From the NCBI GenBank assembly GCA_013265495.1, contig MU057656.1, positions 1 through 64,000 on the forward strand: a DNA stretch of 64,000 bases, written 5' to 3'. Source of the DNA: Vicugna vicugna. Its lineage: Eukaryota. A program made the translations under genes and the position numbers. The notes under the pieces were generated by a model. That model ran no database searches. It saw nothing but the letters and a program-made list of their open reading frames with translations, and was not told the DNA's origin. This document shows, one piece after another, positions 13,801 through 27,639 of the stretch (within the stretch, counting starts at the first letter, position 1; each line of letters begins with the position of its first letter).

Positions 13801-15175
13801 ATTCATCACCTCCACCCCTTGTTTTAGTACCATGTTTTTTAATTTACATGCTGTCATTTTTTCTCCCTGTTTTTCTGTGATTGATTTCTAGTTTCATGAC
13901 ATTATACTCAGAAAAGATGATTGAAATGATTTTTGTGTTTAAATTTGTTGAGGCTTCTTCTGTGCCTCAGTACATAAACTTTCCTAGAAAATGTTCCATG
14001 TGCACTGGAAAAGAATGTATATTCTGTTTTGGGGAGAAGTAGTGTATTGAAAATATCAACCAAATCCAATTATTTTATCATATCTTTTAGTATCTTTGTT
14101 CCATCATTAATTTTCTGTCTGAAACACCAGTCTAGTGATGGTAATGGGGAGTTATATTCTCCTACTGTGATTGTGTTCCCATAGACTTCTCCCTTTTTAT
14201 CTATTCGTATTTGGTTTATGTATTTAGGTGCTCCTATATTGAGTACATATATATTAATGAGTATAATACCCTCATTTTGTATTGCTCCTTTAATCATATC
14301 ATGTCCTTGTTTATCTTCCTCTATGTCCTTCCTTGTAAAGTATTTTTTGTGTGAAGTCAGTACTGCTAGTCCTGCTTTCTTGTCATGTCCACTTGTATAA
14401 TATATATTTTTCCATCTTCTGACTTTGAATTGATGTGTGTTCCTCTTTCTAAAGTGGGTCTCTTGTATGCTTCATAATGTAGGGTCTTGTTATATTATCC
14501 CTTCTAACAATATATAGCTTTAGATTGAAGCACTAAGTCCATTAACATTTGTGATAATTATTTATAGACTGGTGTTTATTTCCATTTTGAACTTCATTTT
14601 CCAATTGATTTGGTATTTCCTTTTTGTTCATTTCTTTTTCTTTTTGTGGCTTTATAAGTTTTCTTTTATTATCTTGGTTTTTTTCTGGCTTTGTGAATTC
14701 ATTGTAGGATTTTGACTTATGGTTACCCTGTTTTGTATGTATATTGACCTGTTACTATATCTGTTTAAATTACCTGAAAGGAACACATACTCAAACGCAT
14801 CATAAAGAGAACAGAAACGAGAATAAAATACTCTGTATTGTCCTGTTGCACTCTCTAACCCTTAAAAATTTTGATGTCTTGTTTTACAACATCATGTTTA
14901 TTCTGTTGTAAGTCACTGTAGCTATTGCCTTTCTTATTATGCCTTTCTCTTTTTTATAGCATCCTGCTTCTTTATTTTTAGAGTAGATGTTTCATTATTT
15001 CTTTTTTTGTTGCTAAATTCTTTTAGTATTTGCTTGTGTGGAAATTATTGATCTTTCCTTCTATTCTAAAGGATAGCCTTGCTTGATATATTATCTTAGA
15101 TAACAGCTTTCTTTCATTCTGAACTTTGAATATGTCTTGCCACTGCCATCTGCCTATTGTATTTGTGTGGGAAAC
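10890..15175 (-). mobile_element. Older LINE-1, 3'UTR through ORF2 to ORF1 3' end
   Basis: Antisense EN remnant (14070-14297, INIYVLNIGAPKYI..TITVGEYNSPL), RT and C-terminal remnants. Has a ~420 bp internal deletion at ~12570 relative to unit B. Confidence 0.9.
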
Positions 15176-15199
15176 GTGTTTAAAATATAATGTATATAA

Positions 15200-16550
15200 T
15201 TATATATATGTAAAGAATACCAACAAATTAAGTTAACAAATAAGGAGAAACCTATACATTAAAAAATAGAAAACATTGATGAAGGAAATTAAAACTGATC
15301 CAAAGAAATTAAAAGATCTCTTATGTTAATGATGTGAAACACTGTGGTTGAAACAACCATACTACCCAAAGGAATCTACATTTAGTGTGATTCATGGCAA
15401 AATACCCGTGAGATTTTTCCATTAAATAGAAGAAATTATTTCAAAATGTATATGTAAACACAAAGAACTTGAGTTGCCAAAATAATCTTGAAAAAGAGTA
15501 TTAAATATAATAGTGTAATGTTCTCTAATGTTAAACAGTCCTACAAAGCTTTAGTAACTTAAACAACATGATACTGTCTCAAAAACTGACACCAATCAAT
15601 AGAAGAGAATAGAGCAAGCAGATATAATCCCTCTCACAGATATAACACACCTATGATCAATTAACCCATGAATACGGAAACAAGAGTATGAAATGAAGAA
15701 AAGAGATTCTCCTCAATAAGTAGTGCTGGGGAGATTGAACAAGTGAAAGATAGAGTAGTGTATTTCTCACATTGTATACAATCATTAAGCACAGAATATC
15801 TTTTATTTATTATGTTTACTTATATTTCTTGCACCTGTAATTTATAGATCTATGTTTAGATCTTTTATTTCACTTATTAAATGTATTCCTATTTTATTCT
15901 GTTTGGTATAAATTTACACAAAATTGTTTTCCTAATTTCTCTTTCTGATAATGTGTTGTTATTATATAAAAATGCAATGGATATTTTTATATTGATTTTG
16001 TATTCTGCAAGTTTGCTAAGTTTGTTCATTATTTCTAACAGTCACTGGAGGAGTGTATGGAGTTTTCTATCTATGTATAAATATGTCATCTGTAAAAATT
16101 GTACTACTTGCTTACAAGCTGAATGCCTTTTATATTTTTTCTTGACTAGTTTTTCTGGCTAGAGCATTTAGTAGTGTAATTAAGGACTTGTGAGAATGAG
16201 CTCATTTTTCTTATTACTGGACTAAATGAAAACCTTCATGTATGTTAACATTGAACTTGATGTTAGTCATGGGTTTTTCATATATGGCTTTTATTATGTT
16301 AATCATATTCGATCTAGGGCAAATTTGTTACAAATTTTTATATAAAAAAGTTAAGATCAGATCTGTGAATTATTTTCTACTTATTTTGAGATTGTTATTT
16401 TTGAATTCTTTGTTATTTAAGGGATGGTATCAAATTTATTGATTTGTGTATGTTAAATAAAATTTATGAATCAGGACTAAATCCAACTTATCTATACTTT
16501 AAAATATACCATGAATTCAGCTTGATAATGTTTACTTAGAATGAAATATA
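15200..16550. mobile_element. Ancient LINE-1 ORF2 fragments (sense ~15200-15790, antisense ~15790-16550)
   Basis: Motifs aaaacattgatgaaggaaatt, catactacccaaagg and ctacaaagctttagtaa, then antisense atattgattttgtattctgcaagtttgct. Confidence 0.7.
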
Positions 16551-17427
16551 CACATACTGAAGGAAAAATTTTCATTGTAGATTGAGTGAACATTTATTTA
16601 TTTAAAAATTTTATCTCACATTTTGAATTTGGCTTATGTTTAATGGAATTTATGTCTAAATAAACTATACAACTTTGGTAGAACTGGATTTACTACAGTT
16701 TACTGATACAGAACCTAACTATTATTAACAATTAGTGTACAAAACACTTGCCTTAAAATTCTGCATTATACTATCAATGCCAACTGTTTCAGGACTGAGA
16801 AACATATTGCTTCCTATAATGCATTACCTGGTATTTTCCACCCGAACCCACATATACTGTTATTTCTTTGATTTTGATTGTTTGTTTGCCCATTAATGGG
16901 GGCACTGTATATTGAACCCAGGATCTTGTATATAAGTGTATTTATCAACATCATTTTGGAGCACTTAACAGAAGCCCCAAGAGTATGGATAATAAAGATG
17001 ACAAGAAAGTTTATTCCTTCTAGGGACTGAAAAACCTCTGAGTAAAAGAACGTTAAAAGTAAACATTTGTAAGTATATTATAAGATTTTCTCTTTTGTAA
17101 TTTTAAAGTAGAATACTTAATTTCACTTGTTTTACTTATAGCATTGAATTACAATTTAAAACAAAAATTACCCCATTTGAGATTTCTTAAATTTGATTCA
17201 CTATTTTAATCAAGTTTTATTTCATAAATATTTATCATTTACTTATAAACATTGCAAATATACTGATAATTATTCTGCTCATATTTTGAATATAGAGCTA
17301 CTTATACTCAAGTTGAATTGTGATGGCCTAGCAGTTTACCTGTGCACGCCTGCCAGAGCAGCATTTGAAGCTGCAGTGCTCAAAATCATGCTGATTAGAA
17401 AAGTAGCTGTAGAAAAAGTTATTTGAG

Positions 17428-19084
17428 ATGACACATGATTCTTCAGAAATCCAAGATGTGTCTCATAAAAATGGACAAACTGGTTCAGGAATCTCCGGTA
17501 GATCTCTTTTGTGTAATCAAACATTCTCTGGGGTTTTGTCTTGAGGTCTATGATTGAAGAAAATGATTTTCAGACTTTGTCTGAAGAATCCTGGTTTTAA
17601 AGTCCATGTTACACACATTGTGTCTCTGAACCAGATGAAGATAATGATTTTCGTTCTCTGACATTTCCAAGAAAACTCTGGAAAATGACTGGGAGTGACC
17701 AATTTAAATCCATCTGGTGGGATGATAATGGAACTTCCATAGTGAATGATGAAGGTGTCTTTAAGAAGGAAGTTTTGGAAAGAAGGGCCCCTTTCAGAAT
17801 ATTTGAAACTGAAAGTATGAAAATTTATTTGGACAGCTTAGCATTTATGGGTTTAGTAAAGTGCGGCAGAATACTCAAAGATCTGTTTCTCCTGCTGACT
17901 TTCTGGCAGAAGGAAAAGAAGTCTCTGTTTTAAGCAAGGTTTTCAGTAATTGCAGTTACGACTTGGTAACATATATAAAATTCTATTTTGTACATCAACC
18001 TATGGTAATATAAATGTAAAGCTAGATTAAACTACAAGGCTAAAATTCTTTATTTTTTTTAAAAATGAGGACAGTGCCTTAAGTATTCAAGATTATGAGA
18101 AATGTTCCTAGCAATTATGAATCTTACCAGAAAACTAAATAATGGTATTAAAGCTGCTTTTAAAAAGTGGCTTTCACCGTTTCTGCAAATACTAACTTCT
18201 TAAATTTGATGATATACTATTTAAATATGTATATTCCAAATAAAGAATTTCAAAATATAGTCAGCAATGTTCGTATTTTGATGATATTTTCTTTGCATAA
18301 TCAACATGAAATCTGAGGTTTTATAGGATAGGCTTATTGTAGTCTTGTGTTTTCGTTTAAAATATTACAAAAATCTTTCTTCATTGGTTGCAGCTGTAGT
18401 TCTGCCATAATCCAAATCTTAAACAAGGCTGTCCCCAGCTTTCAGTGATAATAAAAAGAAGAGTTGGGATTAAAAATGCCTCTCTGATATCTTCATTGGC
18501 TGAAGATTTCAAGAAGAAGCACTTTAAAGCAGGGGGTAATGTGCATAATCATAATTCTGATTTTGTGGCTGACACTAGTGGAGCAGTGAATTTTTACTTT
18601 CTGCAAATTTAAACATGCCTCTAATAAGGAAGCCCTCTACTAGCCACATAATTGGTGATACAACAACGCCGATCAGAGGTGATTTTTCCCCTCCATAATC
18701 AATGTCAGTTAGACCACCAGAACAAATTTGAGTGCATCAATGTACTATTTTAAATCAGTTCACCACTGTCCATGGGCACTATCAAAGCAGCTACACTGAA
18801 GCAAATGGCCGTGTTGTGAACTTCATTACAATTATAATTTCTACTTCTCAGTACAGCATCTTGTCTCCCACACAGAGGAATTATTTGGACTGATGGAGGA
18901 GCTTTCTACTTTTCCAAATAGATATCACATCATATCTGCCAAAGAAGGTCGTTCTTCTAAACTTCAACCAGGGAGCAACCCATGGTTTCCAGTGACAGTG
19001 ATAACTGATACATCAGCTACCTCTCTTTTAAGGCCAACTTATCAGCCATCTTCAGTTTATGAAAGTCATCCTAATTACAACTGA
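17428..19084 (+). pseudogene. HSFY: HSFY pseudogene copy A; exon 1 17428-17938, intron 17939-18393, exon 2 18394-19084
   Basis: Translates to MTHDSSEIQDVS..., FPRKLWK..SDQFKSIWWDDNGTSIV..FKKEVLER..PFRIFETESMK, and ends ...HPNYN* like HSFY. GT-AG intron. Lesions: frameshifts ~17540, ~17823, ~18585; stops 17598, 18397, 18696, 18729. Confidence 0.95.
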
Positions 19085-19177
19085 TTTACCAGAGGACTAC
19101 CAGATTATGCAGGATAACAAAGATTAATATTGATATTGGCAAATGTTGACAAATATCTGCAATTTTCTTATTTGAAC

Positions 19178-19183
19178 AATAAA
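19178..19183 (+). terminator. Probable HSFY-A polyadenylation signal AATAAA
   Basis: AATAAA 94 nt after the stop, followed by GT/T-rich sequence. Mutated to AATTAA at 53919-53924 in copy B. Confidence 0.55.
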
Positions 19184-22059
19184 CATAGATGTGTACTTTT
19201 ATTTTTCTTATATTTTTTAGAATAGGGTAAACAGTTAAAATGAGTCTAAGTTACCATTTTAAGAAAAAAAGAGATATTTGATTGACATGATCATTTGATG
19301 GAAAAATATGGGTGTAAATTTAAATAATTTCTTTGAAGGAAGAAGAGAAAATGGAAGAATTTGGAAAAGGACTAAAACATAGAGAGATGGAAAAGTACTA
19401 AGTGGTTCCTGGTTCATCCTGGAACGTATTAAAAGTGTTAAGTTAGGGTAGGTTTGAACAGGATATAAATGCAGGAACCTGTCCAGGGATCATGATCTCT
19501 TTTATGTCATCCCTGGTATCATAATGGTCACATGGTGTAGTCTCAGATGGCACATTCAGCATGTGGAAGAATTTCAAAAGTAATTTTATCTATGATCTTC
19601 TTTGTGCTGTTCTCAAAACATTCCAACTCTTGCTTTCATTTCCTGCCCTGAAGATTCTATGCTATATTTTTTAGTCAATACTTTATGTTGCTTTTGTGTT
19701 CCAGCCAAAGACAAGCTTACGTCCTCAGGGTGGCACTTAAAGCCTTTCCAACTCTAAGCCCACCAACTCAACATAGTTTAGTCTTTTTATATAGATCTGG
19801 CATCTGACTACCTTGGCATATCTTTATGTTTCACTGTATTTGGAGATACATCCAGGCAAATGCTTGTGAACAATGTTAGCTCCAAACTCACAACTATTGC
19901 TCCAGCTCATCCTTGGACTTAAGATGTCCTCCTTTTACCTACTTTGATTTTCCCAGTCTCAGTACAGAAACTACCTCCTTCAGAAGTTTTCTGTCTATCC
20001 CCCTTTCCTTGTCTAACTTGGATACCAGCACAGTAAGCACAGCACATACCACAGGATGCATTTTATTATTTAGTGAATGAAAAATACATGTTGACTTTAA
20101 GCAAAATCCACTTTCTTGAAACAAGAAAATTCTCATGGTTTTCCAACTATTTTGTTATGGTCTTTACTCTTCACCACAAACTAGCTCTTTTCATAGTCCA
20201 AGGATTAGTCACGCAAGACAGAAATTGGAGGAAGGTACAGGAGACAACGTATTATTTTCTTCTTAATTCATGCCTCCCAGAGGCGTAAAGCTTTCCATTC
20301 TCACTTGCTGGATTTTTTTCCTGTCTCTTCATCACCCATCCACCCCAAAATAGCTGATTCTCTTCCCCATATCAATATCTATACTGCCTTCTAATTAATT
20401 TACTTCTTAGAATCAGAGCTTTAACCAGAAAAGACAGTGTCATTGCAAACATTTAATGTAGGATTATACACCCCACCTAAATTGTGCCCTTTCTAACCTT
20501 CACACAGGATGTATCTAAGAGTTACTTGACCCTTGGTTCGGGTGGTCATTTTCAGTAAAAATCTAAAATGTGTGGACTAATTAGAGGTGAGGGTGGTAGA
20601 ATTAAAAATTTGTCCAACTGCAAGAATACCGAATTTCTGCTGATATTAGGAAATATAAAATATTCATGGAGGAGTTTGACTATTTCCCATTAATATAAAA
20701 TAAAAAGTGTAGCATTTTCAGAATGTGAAATGCCCTGAAATTTTGAAAAATTTTAGACTAGGTCAGGTAACCTAAGGCTTCTGCTCACAATCATACAGCC
20801 AGTGTCAGCTGATTAGACTGGAATGGCAACATTGTGTCATGTAAATGTGTCACCATTTGTGAAGAAAGCCTTTGATAATCTGGAGAATGGTAAAATTGGC
20901 CATGGCGAACTCTAGCAACATCTCAACAATATGAACTTTACCAAGAGAAGAAAAGCACCCACTTGCAGCAGGTGATCTGTGTCTGGACATCAGTGGTTTT
21001 CCCTTAAACAGAAACATCAAGCTTTAAAATTTGTCAGCTCAACTATGATGGTGACTATTTTGTTGCTTACATTAGCAGTCTGGGTTTCAGATGGGCTGAT
21101 TCAGCAGCTAGTTCCCAGTTCTATTATAAGACAGTGGGTCTTACTGTGATGATCATAACAATGTTCTATACTGATAAGTCAAAAGCTACACTTTACTTTC
21201 AAAATTAGATATCCTAAAGAAGAATATTGTTTGTCCATCTGTAGTTTTCTACCTGGGAAATCCTAGACTTTTGGCAAAAGTACAAAATTTGGCTGGTGTT
21301 TGAAAACTATTCTCTGAGCTCTGCCCACTGAATTCTTCCCACTAAATACTACAAAATCTGTCTGCCACTGTATGAGTGTGTGAAGATGGATAGTTAACTA
21401 GTGACTAAGTTTGTCTTAGTTGAGTCAGCAGTGAATTTTTCCTCTGCATCTGACAGAATCCCTGTGAATTAAAAATTTCATTGAGCCACCAGATTTTCTA
21501 TTCATTGAGCGATTTTCTTCTGATCAGGGAGAGGTAGATTATATTTCTCCCTTTATTCTAATTGTTACCTGTTCATCGAATCCCTAGCTAATGCTAGGGC
21601 CAAGCCACTGAATCCTTGAATTTGAAAGAGGCATATACATTCTCAAGTCCCCAGAGCCCAGCACAGGGCTGTGTCTCCTTTTTAATTTAAGCTTATGTCC
21701 AATTTCTTTTTTCTTCTAATTCTCATTGTTGACACATCTTATTTTGTCTTTGAACACCCCATGACTAATATAGAGACTGAACAGCTGACTTATTCCCTAT
21801 AAGCTACAAATTGCAATAACCTTTCTTTCCTTGGACTACCTGGATTAGAGTGAGCATAGTCATCATTTTGAAAGCAGTCCTCTGTCCTAAAAATGCAGAA
21901 ACTTTACAGTTCTTTGCCCAGCACTTGTGCGAGGAAGTTTGTTGTGGGTCTGAGGGATTATCCTCACATCCCATAATGCAACCATGAGAAAACAGCACAT
22001 TGTTATCCAAAATCAAGTCTTTGTCACTATTGCATTCCCATTGCAAAACAGTTAAGAAT

Positions 22060-22430
22060 TGTAGGAGTTCTGAGATTTTAACATGCTGAGATTTTTAGCA
22101 ACCTAGCATGTTCATTTCTTACAGATGCTCTCCTGGAGATGAGACATTTGGTCTGTGATAGTGAAGTTTATAACTCACAGCAAAAGCAGCCAGGGTTAAC
22201 ATTTGTATCCATTCCCTAATCTCAGGTGAATACACTAAGTGAAATTTAATTCCAGGGAAGCAGTGGGCAGTTATCATGAAGAAAGTTTAAAGCATGTTAA
22301 AACAGTAATTTTATTGGTATCTTTAAGTATAATTTATTAGAATCACTTATTTATTAGTATCTTTACCTAGGATAAGTATATCATGACTCAAGTTTACTTG
22401 CTGAAAAACAATCATTATAAATGACATGGA
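22060..22430. mobile_element. Possible ancient ERVL-type LTR fragment
   Basis: Starts tgtaggagttctgagatttta..cagatgct..gagac..tttataactcacagca, which resembles old eutherian LTRs from memory only. Family and extent are uncertain. Confidence 0.3.
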
Positions 22431-22464
22431 AAAAAGTGAACATTGACTTTCCATTTTTTCTTCC

Positions 22465-25400
22465 GCTTTTATTGAGATATAATTTGCATAAAACATTGTG
22501 TAAGTTTAGGTGTACTGGATAGTGATTTGATTTACAAGTATCATGAAATAAATATCATAGCAACTTTAGGGAGAATTCATTATCTCATTTAGATAAAATT
22601 GTAAAGAAATACAATTTGTCTTTTGGTTGTGATGAGAAACATTAAGGTCTACTCTCTTAATAACATTGATATAGAACATAAAGCAGTATTAATTTTAATT
22701 TTCATGTTACTACGGGTAATCTCTACAACACGATTATTTTACGGGTGGAGGTTTGTAGCTTTTGAGCGTATTAATCAAATTCTCCTTTCCCAACCCCTGC
22801 TTCTGTTAACTACAAATCTAATTATTTTCTATATGTATGTTTGTTTGTTTTTGAAGTGTACTTTAATCTAAAACACTGTGTTAGATTCTCTTAGACAACA
22901 TACTGTTTGCTGTTTTTAATACATTTCAAACTGATCACCAGAATAAATCTACATATGATATGTTGCTATTTAAAGATATTTAATAGTTATTGGCTATTCC
23001 CCATACAGTACATTCCTTGTCCCTGACTCATTTAATTTGCAACTGGAAAACTTTCTCTCTTAATTTCCTCAATTTTTCTTTTCCTCACCCCATTTCACTC
23101 CTTGTGAACAACCTGTTTCTTTCTATATCTATAATTCCTTTTCTGTGTTTTTATTTCCATTTGTTTCATATTCCTAATATGAGTAAAATCATTCAGCATT
23201 TGTCATTCCCTTTCTGAATTATTTCACTTAGCATATTGCCCACTTGGTCAACCCATTTTTACAAATGGCAAGAACTTATTCTTTTTCGAGCTGAGTAATA
23301 ACCCATTGTAATTTTATGTGTGTGTGTGTATATATATCTAGATAGATAGATAGATAAATCTGTACTTAAGATAGGTAGATATATAATATAAACACACATC
23401 TTATTTATCCATCATCTTTTGATGAACAATTAATTTGCTTCTATATCCTGTCTATTGTGGATAATTCTGCAGTGAATACAGGGTTGAATTTATCTTTTAT
23501 AGTGTTTTTATTTTCTTGGAATTAATATCCCGATATATATATATATATATGTTGGATAATGTTTTATTTTTAATTTTTAGATAAAGTTCCATGTTGTTTC
23601 CCACAGTGACATTGCATATTTACTTTCACTCCAGCAGTGCATCAGGATTGTTTTTCTTACATCCTAACCAACAGTTATGTTTGATAACTTTTTGATTATA
23701 GTCATTCTCACAGGAGTGGCATAAAACCTCATTGTGTTTTGGACTTGCATTTTTCTGATGGTTAGTGATGTTGATCGGTTGCATGCGCCAGTTGGTAACA
23801 TTTCCCCAATTTTTATTCATTTTTTGTAATGAGCTTAATAACCATAACTGTCTGATTTAATTTTCAGGCATTCTGTTGTGTTCCATTATTCTGTTTGTTC
23901 TGTGCCACTACCATATTTTTTAATACTGTAGCTTCGTATTATATTTTAAAATCAGGGACAGTGATACATCCTCTTTGTTCTTTGTTAAAGTTATTTCTCT
24001 TTTTAGTTTGTTTGTTTTCCTTCCTTTCTTATTTTTTTTTAGTGATTTCATTTCTTTTGTGCTTACATGTAAATTTTACAATTTTTTTTGTAAGGGTCTG
24101 AAAATGCCATTGGTATTTTGATAGGCACTCAATTTTATTTGTGTATTTTTTTTTGACTAATAGTGTCATTTAAACAATATTTCTTTCCTCATCTATGAAC
24201 ACAGTATATCTTTTCATCTGTTTGCATTATCTTCAATTTCTCTTATAAATATTTTATAGTTTTCTGAATACATGTCTTTTACCTCCTTGGTTGGATAGAT
24301 TTCTTAATTTTTTTTGTAATTGAACTGTAAATGAGACAGTTCCCTCACTTTCTGTGTCAGTTAGATTCTTGTTAGTGTGTAGAAACACAAGATTTCTGTA
24401 TGATAATTTTACATACGGAAATTTTACCAAATGCATTGATAAGCCGTAGTAGTTTTGTGGCACCATTTTTAGAATTTCTGTTAAAAGTATGTCATTTTTA
24501 GGATTTCTGTTTAAAGTATGTCATTTGCAAACAGATACTTTTACTCCTTTTCTTAATTAGCAATATTTTATTTACTTTTATTTTGAATAGCTATGGCTTG
24601 AATTTGCAAACTATACTGAATAAAAGTGGTAAGAGGGAGCATTCTTGTCTTCTTCCTGCTCTTATTGGAGATGCTTTCAGCTTTTAATCAGTGAGTGTCA
24701 TGTTAGCTGAGTTCTTCTCATATATGACCTTAACTGTGTTGAGGTATGTTTCCTCACGCCCACTTTGAGGAGAAAAATATTCATAAATAGATACTGAATT
24801 TGTCAAAATAATTTATGACCCTATTGAGGTGACCATATAATTTTTTTTCTTCAGGTTGTTTGTGTGGTGTATCATATTGGTTAATTTGTGGGTATTAAAT
24901 CACTTTTGCATCCCTGGTATAAAATGGACTTGATCATATTGTATAACCCTCTTAATATATTGTTGGATTTGCTAACAATTTAGTGGTGACTTTTGCATCT
25001 ATGCTTACCAGTAGTAGTTAACCTGTAATTTTTTGAGGTATTTGTTCCACTTTTAGTAGTAGTGTGATAAAGAAATGTGGGGTAGAAAGCCTCCCTTCCT
25101 CTTGAAATTTTTGGAAATTTCTGAGAAGTATAGGTGATGGCTCCTCTCTAAATGTTTGGCAGAAATCACCTGTGAAACTGTCTAAGTCTGGAATTTTGTT
25201 TCTTGGGAAATTTTTTTAAATACTTATTCAATTTCATTAGTGATAATCTGTTCATATTATCTTTCTCATTCCATTCTGGAGAATAAATTTTTCTAAGAAG
25301 TTGTCCATTTGTTCTAGGGTTTCCATTTTATTGGCATATAATTTGTTTTATCATCTTATGATGCTTTGTATTTCTTTGATATAAGCTGTAACTTCTCATT

Positions 25401-25855
25401 TATTTCTGAGCTAATTAATCTATAACTCTTTTTTGCTCATGTATCTGTTTAAAGTTTTTCAACTTTATTTATCATTCAAAAGCCATTATTTAGTTTAATT
25501 AAATGTTTATATTTTTAATACTTATTTTATTTAATTATGTTCTGTCCCTTCAGCTGTTTTTACTTCTTATAAAATGTTTTTCTTATTATTTTGCTACATA
25601 TTTTGGTTGTAAGAATATCTTATAAGAGAGAGATGTTTCTCATTTGTGTAAGTGGGATTATTTTGCTATAAGCATCCCTATTAATACTGCTTCTGTTTTA
25701 CCTAATGGATTTTGTTTTTGTTCTCATAATTCTTTATATATTTTTTCTTTGATTTATACAGCAATCCATTTGTGGTTAATATTGTATGATTTATCCTCCA
25801 CACTTTAGTATTTTTCTCAGGTTTTTTAAATTTTAGTAAATTTCTATTTTCACAG
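22465..25855 (-). mobile_element. Old LINE-1 (L1MA9-like 3' end plus ORF2 remnants)
   Basis: The 3' end ttttattgagatataatt..ttgtgatgagaa..aggtctactctctta is followed by antisense ORF2 motifs. Contains a (TG)(TA)(GATA) microsatellite at ~23317-23360. Confidence 0.8.
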
Positions 25856-27425
25856 AATCCATAATTCCTTCACAAAAGAAGTAGAAAAATATTGAAATTT
25901 ATACATACATCTAAAAGAACCAAAGTTTCTAAAATTATTTTGAAAAATGGACATAGCTGTGGGTATTACCCTCCCTGAGTTTAGAACATGCTACAAAGCT
26001 ACAGTAATCAATACATCAAAATATGGCACTAAAAGAAACAAATAAATCAATAGAACAAAATAAACAGTCCGAAAATATACGCACACACATATGGTCAATT
26101 AGTCTACAAAGAAGGAGGCAAGAGTATACAATGGAAAAAAGGCAGTCTCTTCAATAAGTAGTTCTGAGAAAACAGGACAGTACATGTAAAAGGAAGATAT
26201 AAAAACACTTCATTCCATATTATAAAAAATGTGAAAAATGGATTAATTTCCTAAATGTAAAGCCTGAAACTATACTATTTCTTACAAAGAACAGGAGCAG
26301 AACTGACTTTGAGATAAATCATAGCAATGTTTATTTTTGATTTGTCTCCAAATTAAAACAAAAAAGAAAATTAAAAATAACAGTTTTTAGTTTACTGAGG
26401 AAAAATAGATGTACTATGGGATACAGGGATTCTATTTCTTATATAAGTGTGAAGTAGAAAACCTTTTGCAAAGTAAAGGAAACCTGCAAGAAGACATAAG
26501 ATAACAGACAGAATAGAAGGAAAAATTTCAGATAATGAGACCAACAAGATGTTAATATCCATAATATATATATATTGCATATCAGACTCAATATTTAAAA
26601 AATAAAGACCCCAACTTACAATCAGTTGAAGAATCTTCATGGAAACTTTTCAAAAACAGACATGTGGATGATATTCATGCACATAAAAAGAAACATAACG
26701 TTGCTATTCATTAGGAAAACATAAATCAAAACCAGAATGAAACATAATTTTACAGCAAACAAAATGGCTATTAACAAAAATTCTACAAATGACAAAATTT
26801 AAGAAGAATGTTGAGAAGAGGGAAACCAGGTACACTGTTGTTGGAAATATAAATTGATGCATCCAATATTATTAAAGTGTGGACAGTGCTCAGAAAACTA
26901 GAAATAGAAGCATTATATGTTGCAGCAATTACAGTTTTTGGTATAAATCTGAAAAAAAATGAAAAGATTAACTTAAATTATATATTACCCCAATGTTCTT
27001 ACATCATCATTTATAGAAGCCAAGGGTAGAAGCACAACTCAACTGCCCATCAACAGATGATTGGCTGAAATAGATGTGAGATATAGAGAACATAATAAAT
27101 ACATAGTCATTGTATAATAAAAAATAAAATTCTACCATTTGGAAAAATGTGACTGGACCCAGAGTGTGTTGCACATAGGAAAATAAGTCATAAAGAGAAC
27201 ACTCTATGTTGTCATTTAAATTAAGAGAATAAAGATATAAGAGAATCATAAAAAAAAAAGAAAAATTATCACATATATATGTGTAGTGTACCAAGTAGTG
27301 GTTTCCTTTGGGGAAAGGGAAGAAAGATGGAGAAGACAGAAATGTGCAAGCTACTAGTAATAAATTAGAGAACCAACAGGGCTATATTTACAGCACAGAG
27401 AAATATTTTAATAATTTGATTGATT
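25856..27425 (+). mobile_element. Old LINE-1 ORF2 3' part and 3'UTR
   Basis: Motifs ctacaaagctacagtaatca, aggcagtctcttcaataag, aaatcaaaaccagaatga and aactgcccatcaacagatga. Confidence 0.8.
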
Positions 27426-27639
27426 TTAAAGAGTTTATAGGGTTATATTTAAGTAAAATGTGGATGTAGGTGGGAAAAACATTGAAGAAAAGAACCCAGG
27501 AAAATCAAAATATTTTGCAGTACTATGATATTAAGGGAGGTGATTTGTTCACTTTCCTTAGTGTTCTTATAATATCCTTAGTATAATTTAAGTATTTAAT
27601 TGAAAAAGTATACACTGTTAAAAGTGACATAAGTATAAA

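Noticed and set aside
17428..19084. Processed (retro) pseudogene, or HSFX/HSF5 identity
   Set aside because: The intron and flanks are retained, and the N-terminus (MAHVSSE) and C-terminus (HPNYN) are HSFY-type.
19939..20136. Small minus-strand ORF also open in unit B (54671-54877)
   Set aside because: About 65 aa, no recognisable domain and different starts. Similarity is explained by the segmental duplication.
20880..22050. Non-L1 stretch downstream of HSFY as a possible ERV internal region or second gene
   Set aside because: No gag/pol/env or other protein motif recognised, and ORF 21804-22046 has no counterpart in unit B. A Dfam search is needed.
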